In this document: in pieces, positions 46,565 to 54,177 of the stretch
How the letters are laid out: every line of letters begins with the position of its first letter
Numbering within the stretch: position 1 is the first letter of the stretch
Source: Candidatus Omnitrophota bacterium
Lineage (GTDB): Bacteria; Omnitrophota; Gorgyraeia; Zapsychrales; JANLHA01
Direction: 5' to 3'
Assembly (NCBI GenBank): GCA_023247795.1
Contig: JAHFFT010000009.1
Location: forward strand, 578 to 64,577
Length of the DNA: 64,000 bases
Translations under genes and position numbers: made by a program
Notes under the pieces: generated by a model
The model's input: only the letters and a program-made list of their open reading frames with translations
Told to the model about the DNA's origin: nothing
The model's database searches: none

Positions 46565-47821
46565 ATGCACGACTTTCACTACAAAAATAATGCTCTCTAT
46601 TGCGAAGAAGTAAAGGTCACCGACGTTGCCCGCGCCGTGGGGACACCATTCTACCTTTACAGCCACCACACGCTAGTCGACCATTTCACAAAAATCCAAA
46701 AGGCCTTCGCGAAAATCAATCCTTTGATCTGCTTTGCCATGAAATCCAATGATAATCTAGCGATCTTGAAAACCCTGGTGGATGAGGGGGCAGGGCTTGA
46801 CATTGTCTCCGTCGGAGAACTTAAAAAAGCACTGAAGGTCAAAGCCGACCCTAAAAAAATTGTTTTTGCCTCGGTAGGCAAGACCGAAGAAGAGATCGCT
46901 TTCGCGTTACAAAAAGGGATTCTTTCATTTAACGTTGAATCAGTCCCGGAACTCGATGAGATCAATCGAATCGCGAAAAAGACAAATAAAAAAGCACAGG
47001 TGGCATTGCGGATCAACCCGGATGTCGCCGCCGCGACCCATGATTTCATCACCACCGGTACTTTAAAAAATAAATTCGGCATTGATTTGGCGTCGACCCG
47101 TGAGATCCTTAAAGGCCAGGGTCGTTACTCACACATCAACATCTCTGGACTGCATATTCACATCGGATCACAAATCGTCAAATCCGATCCTTTTGTCGCG
47201 GCGATCAAAAAAGTCATCGAGTTTATCGCTGAATTACGCCAAGCCGGGATCAAAATCAAATACCTTGATATCGGTGGAGGGATGGGGATCGTTTACAAAG
47301 ATGAAAATCCGCAAACCGCGGAAGAGTTTGCGACGGCAATCTTACCACTCCTTGAAAAATTGGACCTGCAAGTGATCATGGAACCGGGACGCTTCATCGT
47401 TGGTAACGCCGGGATTTTTGTCACCAAGGTCCTTTATTTGAAAGACAATGGATTTAAAAAATTTCTAATTGTCGATGGTGGGATGAACGACCTGATCCGA
47501 CCGTCGTTATATAACGCCTATCACGATATCTGGCCGCTAAAAAAAACCGCTAAAGAAAAAGTCACGGTTGATGTGGTGGGCCCGATCTGCGAAAGTGGGG
47601 ATTTCTTCGCGAAAGAGCGTTCCTTACCGATCATGGAGAAAAACGACCTGCTGGCGGTCATGAGTGCCGGGGCGTATGGCTACGTAATGTCCAGCAATTA
47701 TAACGTGCGCTGTCGCGTGCCTGAAGTCATGGTCAAAGGCAAACAATTTGACATCACTAAAAAACGAGAGACATTCGCGGATTTGATCCGAGGGGAAAGC
47801 ATCCCGGAGTTCTTAAAATGA
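46565..47821 (+). CDS. lysA: Diaminopimelate decarboxylase LysA
   Basis: Fold-III PLP decarboxylase motifs (FAMKSN, GGGMGI, EPGR) in a dap cluster. Confidence 0.85.
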   Translation: MHDFHYKNNALYCEEVKVTDVARAVGTPFYLYSHHTLVDHFTKIQKAFAKINPLICFAMKSNDNLAILKTLVDEGAGLDIVSVGELKKALKVKADPKKIVFASVGKTEEEIAFALQKGILSFNVESVPELDEINRIAKKTNKKAQVALRINPDVAAATHDFITTGTLKNKFGIDLASTREILKGQGRYSHINISGLHIHIGSQIVKSDPFVAAIKKVIEFIAELRQAGIKIKYLDIGGGMGIVYKDENPQTAEEFATAILPLLEKLDLQVIMEPGRFIVGNAGIFVTKVLYLKDNGFKKFLIVDGGMNDLIRPSLYNAYHDIWPLKKTAKEKVTVDVVGPICESGDFFAKERSLPIMEKNDLLAVMSAGAYGYVMSSNYNVRCRVPEVMVKGKQFDITKKRETFADLIRGESIPEFLK

Positions 47822-48651
47822 AAAAACAAAAATCGATCGATTTTCATAAAATGGTCGGCGCGGGAAATGACTTTATTGTCATCGACGCGAATAAGGGAAT
47901 CGACTATAAAAAGTTAGTAGTTAAAATCTGTGACCGCTCCAACGGCATTGGTGCCGACGGCCTACTGATTTTAGATCAATCAAAAAACGCGGATTTTCGC
48001 ATGCGGATTTTCAACGCCGATGGGTCTGAGGCCGAGATGTGCGGGAATGGGGCCCGTTGCTTAGCCGCTTATATCGTTCGCTATAAAAACCCTAAAAGAA
48101 AATTGTTCACCATGCAAACCCTGGCCGGTATCATCCACGCCGAGGCCAAGGGAGAAATTGCGAATGTCCAATTGAGTGATCCGATTGACTATCGACCGAA
48201 TTTGACGATTGATCTGAACGGAAAATCTTTGCAAGTTCATTATATCGACACCGGCGTTCCGCACACGATCGTTTATGTTGCCGATATTAAAAAAATCGAT
48301 GTCAATTTCATCGGTGAAAAAATCCGTAACCATAAGGCCTTTTCTCCTCGAGGAACCAATGCCAACTTTGTGGAACAATTGGATTCCAATTTGGTCGAGG
48401 CACGCACCTTTGAACGTGGGGTCGAACATGAAACCAAGGCCTGCGGGACCGGAAGTGTCGCTTGCGCCCTTGTTTCTTTTCGGCAGGCATCGCCTGAAAT
48501 CCTTAGTCAAAAACAGGCCAAAATGAACGTCTTAACCGCAAGCGGTGAAGTCTTACAAGTTCAGTTTGATTTAACCAACGGAACCATGACCAATGTTTGG
48601 CTGAAAGGCAGTGCCAAATTCATTGCTCATGGTCAGTATTATTTTACTTAA
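47818..48651 (+). CDS. dapF: Diaminopimelate epimerase DapF
   Basis: FHKMVGAGNDFIV and the two catalytic Cys regions (MCGNGARC, ACGTGS). Confidence 0.85.
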   Translation: MKKQKSIDFHKMVGAGNDFIVIDANKGIDYKKLVVKICDRSNGIGADGLLILDQSKNADFRMRIFNADGSEAEMCGNGARCLAAYIVRYKNPKRKLFTMQTLAGIIHAEAKGEIANVQLSDPIDYRPNLTIDLNGKSLQVHYIDTGVPHTIVYVADIKKIDVNFIGEKIRNHKAFSPRGTNANFVEQLDSNLVEARTFERGVEHETKACGTGSVACALVSFRQASPEILSQKQAKMNVLTASGEVLQVQFDLTNGTMTNVWLKGSAKFIAHGQYYFT

Positions 48652-48716
48652 ATTCGGGCGATCAAACTTGACGTGCATAGTTGTCAAGTCAGGCGCTCTT
48701 AAGGAAGGGGCCATCC

Positions 48717-49598
48717 ATGATTCGTGGGTCAATCGTTGCCATCGTCACACCCTTTAAAAATGGAAAGGTCGATGAGCCACAATTTAAAAAACTCATCGAG
48801 CAACAAATCAAAAGCGGCACGCACGGGATCGTTCCCTGTGGTACCACCGGAGAAACCCCAACCTTAACGCAAAAAGAACACGAATTCGTGATCAAACTGG
48901 CGATTGACACTGTTAAAGGACGCTTACCGGTCATTGCCGGGACAGGATCTAACTCGACACAGGAAGCCATTGATTTAACCAAACATGCCGCTCAAGCTGG
49001 TGCTGACGCGGCCTTGGTTGTCAGCCCTTATTACAACCGCCCATCTCAGGAGGGGCTTTATCAACATTTTAAAGCGGTCAGCCAAAGTGTCTCGATTCCC
49101 ATTATTCTCTACAACATTGCCGGTCGGACCGGCGTCAATATCGAAACACCGACGGTGGCTCGTCTGGCCCAGGACTGTAAAAATATCATTGGGGTCAAAG
49201 AGGCATCTGGCTCACTGGCCCAAATGCAAAGTGTTAAAGAAGAATGTCCCAAAGATTTCTTACTATTTTCCGGCGACGACGCCTTAACACTGCCGGTTTT
49301 AGCGATCGGTGGGGTCGGGGTCATTTCGGTCGCGGCCAACATCATCCCACAGGATATCGTGGCCATGATTGACGCTTTTGAAAGTAAAGACTTAGAAAAA
49401 GCCCGTCGCATCCATTTTAAAATGCTGCCACTTTTCAAAGCATTGTTCTTAGAAACAAATCCGGTGCCGCTCAAAATGGCCATGGAGATGTTAGGGATGT
49501 GCTCAAGTGAAATGCGCCTTCCCTTGGTAGCGATGGGAAAAAACAATACCGCAAAATTGAAGATAGCGTTGAAGGATTACGGTTTGCTCAAACAATAA
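48717..49598 (+). CDS. dapA: 4-hydroxy-tetrahydrodipicolinate synthase DapA
   Basis: GSIVAIVTPF...GTTGE motifs. ATG at 48717 follows aaggaagggg. Confidence 0.85.
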   Translation: MIRGSIVAIVTPFKNGKVDEPQFKKLIEQQIKSGTHGIVPCGTTGETPTLTQKEHEFVIKLAIDTVKGRLPVIAGTGSNSTQEAIDLTKHAAQAGADAALVVSPYYNRPSQEGLYQHFKAVSQSVSIPIILYNIAGRTGVNIETPTVARLAQDCKNIIGVKEASGSLAQMQSVKEECPKDFLLFSGDDALTLPVLAIGGVGVISVAANIIPQDIVAMIDAFESKDLEKARRIHFKMLPLFKALFLETNPVPLKMAMEMLGMCSSEMRLPLVAMGKNNTAKLKIALKDYGLLKQ

Positions 49599-49602
49599 GG
49601 AA

Positions 49603-50337
49603 ATGAACATGATCAAACTTGCAGTGAGCGGTTGTCACGGTCGGATGGGAGAACGGATCACCCATTTGGCTTTACAAGACACGGATTTTGAAGTGCGTAC
49701 CCTTTTGGAGCACCACGACCATCCCAAAGCCAAAGATCCGATCGGACACATCAAAATCAGTACCCAGCCCGACATGCTCAAAGGTTGTGACGTCTTAATT
49801 GAATTCACCACACCCGAAGCAACGCTGAAACATCTTGAGGCCTGTCGAAAACATAAAGTCAAAATGGTGATCGGCACAACCGGATTTTCTGTGGAACAAA
49901 CGTCCATCATTAAAAATGCGGCCCAAGATATCGCGATCGTTTTTTCTTCCAACATGTCGATCGGGGTCAACATTGTCTTTAAGCTCGCGGAACAATTGGG
50001 CAAGATGCTTCCCAAAGGGTTTAAGATCAAAATGACCGAGGCCCATCACATTCATAAAAAAGACGCTCCGTCGGGGACTGCAAAAACTTTAGCAGATTAT
50101 CTCAATAAGCACGCTAAAAATAAAATTGCCTACCAAGACATAAGCGCGATTCGTGAAGGCGAAATCATTGGAGACCATAAAATCATCGTCGAGAGCGATG
50201 AAGACACCATCATTCTCGACCATCACGCCAAGAACCGTGACATGTTTGCCAAAGGGGCATTGGTCGCGGCAAAATTTCTTAAAAGCAAAAAAAGCGGACT
50301 CTTTAACATGCAGGATGTGTTGGGAATTACTAATTAA
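49603..50337 (+). CDS. dapB: 4-hydroxy-tetrahydrodipicolinate reductase DapB
   Basis: KLAVSGCHGRMG NAD fold, DVLIEFTTPEA and HHIHKKDAPSGTA signature. Confidence 0.85.
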   Translation: MNMIKLAVSGCHGRMGERITHLALQDTDFEVRTLLEHHDHPKAKDPIGHIKISTQPDMLKGCDVLIEFTTPEATLKHLEACRKHKVKMVIGTTGFSVEQTSIIKNAAQDIAIVFSSNMSIGVNIVFKLAEQLGKMLPKGFKIKMTEAHHIHKKDAPSGTAKTLADYLNKHAKNKIAYQDISAIREGEIIGDHKIIVESDEDTIILDHHAKNRDMFAKGALVAAKFLKSKKSGLFNMQDVLGITN

Positions 50338-50431
50338 AGTCTCATGTTGCAAGTCGCAAATTTCATGTGTTTTAAAATTTATGCCATGAGACTTGGGACT
50401 TGCAACTTGCCACTTATTTGAGGAGGATTTC

Positions 50432-51610
50432 ATGAATATGGCTTCATCATTAAAAATCGAAAAGGCTGATCGACTTAAAGAACTCCCACCCTATTTGTTT
50501 GTAGAAATTGACCGTGCCAAACGCCAAGCCAGAGAGGCCGGCCGTAACATCATTGATTTAGGCATCGGAGATCCAGATACGCCAACACTTCCACATATCA
50601 TCGAAGCCATGAAAAAAGCCATTGCCGATCCAGCTAATCATCGTTACGCCTTTGACGCCGGCTTACCAGCGTTTCGTAACGCAGTGTCTGAATGGTTCAA
50701 ACGCCGATTTTCCGTTGAGCTCGACCCTAAAACTGAAATTTACCCTCTGATTGGTTCAAAAGAAGGGCTTGCTCATCTGCCCTTAGGGATCATCAACCCT
50801 AAAGATAAAGTCGCTCTGACCGATCCAGCCTACCCAGCTTATCAGGCTTCAATCATTTTTGCCGGTGGACGGATCATCCATATTCCCTTAAAAGAAAGCC
50901 AGGATTTTCTTCCCGATCTAAAAAAAATCGAAGAATTGAAAGACATCAAAGCCATGTATGTCAATTACCCCAATAATCCAACCGCAGCAACCGCGACCAA
51001 GGAGTTTTACGTTGAGCTCGTTCGTCTGGCGAAAGAAAAGGGGATCATCCTCATTTCTGACATGGCCTATTCGGAAATTTATTTTGACGGACAGAAACCA
51101 ATCAGCATCTTAGAGATCGAAGGGGCCAAAGATGTGGCTATTGAGTTTCATTCCTTATCAAAAACTTACAATATGACCGGTTGGCGGATCGGCTGGGCCT
51201 GCGGAAACCCAGACCTGATCGCGATTTTATCGACGGTAAAAACCAACTTTGACTCTGGGGTTTTTCAGGCCATCCAAGTCGCGGGTATCGCGGCCCTCAA
51301 CACCCCGGATGAAGAAATCAATGATCTGCGCCTCATGTACGAAGAACGCCGCGATTGCCTCATCAATGGGTTGCGTTCCATCGGCTGGAAAATCCCCGCA
51401 CCCAAAGCGGCTTTCTACATCTGGGGAAGGATTCCCAAAGGATTTTCTGATTCCATACAAACGTCAAAAATCTTTTTAGAAAAAGCTGATATTGTTGCGA
51501 CACCTGGTGTGGGTTTTGGAAAAAGCGGGGAAGGGTATATCCGCATGTCAATCACGGTCAGCAAAGACCGCTTAACCGAAGCAGTCAGCCGACTGAGCAA
51601 AATCCTTTAA
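50432..51610 (+). CDS. dapL: LL-diaminopimelate aminotransferase DapL (class I aminotransferase)
   Basis: N-terminal LPPYLFVEIDRAKRQ is typical of DapL. PLP-Lys region SLSKTYNMTGWRIGWA. ATG at 50432 follows aggagga. Confidence 0.7.
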   Translation: MNMASSLKIEKADRLKELPPYLFVEIDRAKRQAREAGRNIIDLGIGDPDTPTLPHIIEAMKKAIADPANHRYAFDAGLPAFRNAVSEWFKRRFSVELDPKTEIYPLIGSKEGLAHLPLGIINPKDKVALTDPAYPAYQASIIFAGGRIIHIPLKESQDFLPDLKKIEELKDIKAMYVNYPNNPTAATATKEFYVELVRLAKEKGIILISDMAYSEIYFDGQKPISILEIEGAKDVAIEFHSLSKTYNMTGWRIGWACGNPDLIAILSTVKTNFDSGVFQAIQVAGIAALNTPDEEINDLRLMYEERRDCLINGLRSIGWKIPAPKAAFYIWGRIPKGFSDSIQTSKIFLEKADIVATPGVGFGKSGEGYIRMSITVSKDRLTEAVSRLSKIL

Positions 51611-51615
51611 AGCCA

Positions 51616-52890
51616 ATGCCCATCGTTTACCTTGGCTTAGGTTCAAATCTCGGCAACCGCAAAGCCAATATCAACGCGGCACTAAAAAAATTGGGCGCTG
51701 CCAGGATAACTGTTGAAAAGACAGCTGCCTTCCTGGAAACAGAACCCGTTGGTGGTCCAGCGCAAGACAAATTCATCAACACCGTAGCCAAGGCTTTCAC
51801 CAAACTCTCACCAGAAGAACTCTTAACACAGATCCAAACCATTGAAAAATCCTTAGGCCGAGTGCGAAGCGTTAAAAACGGCCCAAGAACCATTGATATC
51901 GATATTTTACTTTATGACCAGCTGAAAATAAAAAAGGCCAATCTCACGATCCCGCACCCACGTATGCTGGAACGTGAATTTGTGATGACACCTTTAAATG
52001 AAATCGCACCGAACATGATTAAAAAAATGCGAATCATCAAAACAATTCAGAATCTAAGAAAAGAGTTAATAAAATTTCGTCTGCAAAATCAGCGCATTGG
52101 CTTTGTCCCGACGATGGGGTCCCTGCACCAAGGGCACCTTTCCCTGATCCGAAAATCCGTTAAAGAAAATGAAATTACGGTCGTCAGCATTTTCGTCAAC
52201 CCGCTGCAGTTCGGGCCGTCTGAAGATTTTAAAAACTATCCTCGAAACATCAAAAAGGACCAATCTTTGGCAAAACAAGGATGGGCCGATATCATTTTTA
52301 TTCCCAACGAAAAGGAAATGCTCAATTCTAGCCAATTGACCTATGTCGACGTTGAAAAACTCACACAAGGATTATGCGGTGCTTTTCGTCCCGGACATTT
52401 CCGCGGGGTCACAACGATCGTTGCCAAATTGTTAAACATTGTTCAGCCCCATTCCCTATATCTAGGTCAAAAGGACATTCAGCAGGCGGTGGTCATCCAA
52501 AAAATGACCAACGATCTCAATATCCCAGTCAACATAAGAGTTTGTCCCACAGTCCGCGAAAAGGATGGTTTGGCCATGAGTTCACGAAACCAATATTTGT
52601 CGTCCGCGCAAAGACAAGAGGCTGTCATCCTTTATCAATCGCTGCAGTTGGGACAACAATTCATTCAAGCTGGAGAGACCGAAGTGAGTAAAATTCTGCG
52701 TCAGATGCGCGAAAGAATCACAAAGAACAGCCCGGTGAAAATCCAATATCTGGCTTGTGTTGATCCCGTGAATTTAGAACCGCTCAAAATCATCAATGGA
52801 AATGTGCTTTTGGCCGGCGCGGTTTGGATAGGAAACACGCGTCTCATTGACAACATCAACGTTCGCGCGATATCACGGAAAAACAAATGA
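51616..52890 (+). CDS. Bifunctional fusion of HPPK (FolK) and pantoate--beta-alanine ligase (PanC)
   Basis: N-terminal half has LGLGSNLG...GPRTIDIDIL...PHPRMLEREFVMTPL (canonical HPPK). C-terminal half has GFVPTMGSLHQGHLSL and the later PanC motifs. Confidence 0.8.
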   Translation: MPIVYLGLGSNLGNRKANINAALKKLGAARITVEKTAAFLETEPVGGPAQDKFINTVAKAFTKLSPEELLTQIQTIEKSLGRVRSVKNGPRTIDIDILLYDQLKIKKANLTIPHPRMLEREFVMTPLNEIAPNMIKKMRIIKTIQNLRKELIKFRLQNQRIGFVPTMGSLHQGHLSLIRKSVKENEITVVSIFVNPLQFGPSEDFKNYPRNIKKDQSLAKQGWADIIFIPNEKEMLNSSQLTYVDVEKLTQGLCGAFRPGHFRGVTTIVAKLLNIVQPHSLYLGQKDIQQAVVIQKMTNDLNIPVNIRVCPTVREKDGLAMSSRNQYLSSAQRQEAVILYQSLQLGQQFIQAGETEVSKILRQMRERITKNSPVKIQYLACVDPVNLEPLKIINGNVLLAGAVWIGNTRLIDNINVRAISRKNK

Positions 52891-53711
52891 ATAAACATCA
52901 TCCTCTCAAATTAGGAATTTTGGGTTGCGGCGCCATTGGTTCACGGATCGCGTTGAGTACAAAAAAAGAGCTCAAAGGGTTATGCCAAGTTTCCGGCGTC
53001 CATGACATCCATTTTGAAAAAGCGCGAGATCTCGCGAAAAAACTTAAAATCCCGAAATTGGTCAAAGAGACATTTCCTTCACTGATCATGAGCTCTGATC
53101 TCATCATCGAAGCAACTGGCTCAACAAACACCCGTCGATTGATTGCACTGGTTTTGCAAAGAAAAAAACATGTCCTGTGCATGAGCGTTGGAAAAATCAT
53201 TGATCCTCGACAGCTCATCCGTCTAGCAAAAATGAACAATTGTCGACTCATGATCCCCTCCGGCGCCATCGGCGGAATTGACGCTTTTAAAGCCGCAAGT
53301 CTCGTCGGTGTTGAAGAAATTGTCTTGACCACAAAAAAATCCCCCAACAGCCTCGAGCAAACCGATTATTTAAAAAATAAAAAAATTTTCTTGTCGAGGA
53401 TTAAAAAAGACACTATCATCTTTGAAGGCAACGTCGAAGAGGCAGTAAAATATTTTCCAAAAAACATCAACGTCGCCGCGACGTTGGCATTAGCAACGCA
53501 AGCAAAGGAAAAAATTAAGATTGTGATCATGGCCTGTCCGAACCTCAAAAATAACATTCATGAAATCAAAATGAGCGGTGAACAGGGAAGCATTCTCTGT
53601 CGGAGCGAGAATCGAATTTGCCCAGACAATCCAAAAACAAGTTATCTTGCGGTCCTTTCCGCGATCCAGACGATCAAAGACTTTTGTACCGGCTTCAAAG
53701 TCGGAACATAA
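52887..53711 (+). CDS. nadX: L-aspartate dehydrogenase NadX
   Basis: LGCGAIG, PSGAIGGID, FEGNVEEAVKYFPKNINVA and NPKTSYLAVLSAIQTIK closely follow the TM1643-type aspartate dehydrogenase pattern. Confidence 0.8.
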   Translation: MNKHHPLKLGILGCGAIGSRIALSTKKELKGLCQVSGVHDIHFEKARDLAKKLKIPKLVKETFPSLIMSSDLIIEATGSTNTRRLIALVLQRKKHVLCMSVGKIIDPRQLIRLAKMNNCRLMIPSGAIGGIDAFKAASLVGVEEIVLTTKKSPNSLEQTDYLKNKKIFLSRIKKDTIIFEGNVEEAVKYFPKNINVAATLALATQAKEKIKIVIMACPNLKNNIHEIKMSGEQGSILCRSENRICPDNPKTSYLAVLSAIQTIKDFCTGFKVGT

Positions 53712-53756
53712 TTCAAATCAGGCAATCATTTGCCATTTCAGAAAGGGGGTGAAATC

Positions 53757-54059
53757 ATGGTTAAGAAAGTCGCTAAAGTAGGTATCAAAAAGCAAAAAGG
53801 TTACCTTTACTTCGTTGATAAGAAAGGTGATGTGTCTTGCGCCCAAATGGCCCGAGGGAATAAAAAGGGTGGAAAACCGCAAAAGGTGGCTACGGTTGGC
53901 ATCAAGAAAGAAGCGGGGTTTCTTTATTTCATTGACAAGAACGGTGACATCTCCTGCGCGAAAATGGTGCGCGGCGGTACAAAAAAGAAGGCTACCGCTC
54001 GTCGTGCTACAACAAAGCGCAGTGCTGCACCTAAGAAGAAAGCATCAAAGAGGAAGTAA
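53757..54059 (+). CDS. Small lysine-rich protein with an internal tandem duplication and a histone-H1-like K/A-rich tail
   Basis: Two ~35-aa repeats, KVAKVGIKKQKGYLYFVDKKGDVSCAQMARG and KVATVGIKKEAGFLYFIDKNGDISCAKMVRG, then KKKATARRATTKRSAAPKKKASKRK. aggggg Shine-Dalgarno sequence before the ATG at 53757. Confidence 0.6.
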   Translation: MVKKVAKVGIKKQKGYLYFVDKKGDVSCAQMARGNKKGGKPQKVATVGIKKEAGFLYFIDKNGDISCAKMVRGGTKKKATARRATTKRSAAPKKKASKRK

Positions 54060-54075
54060 CTTCCGTTTTTTCCGA

Positions 54076-54120
54076 AATAACCCCTGTATGAAAAGTTCTA
54101 TACAGGGGTTATTTCACTTA
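54076..54120 (+). terminator. Strong stem-loop terminator (aataacccctgtat...atacaggggttatt)
   Basis: 14-bp stem read directly, downstream of the small basic protein gene. Confidence 0.7.
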
Positions 54121-54177
54121 CCCGTCAACATTTGAACCATATCATCCATTCGAGCCCATCCTCATGGTGAAGAACGC

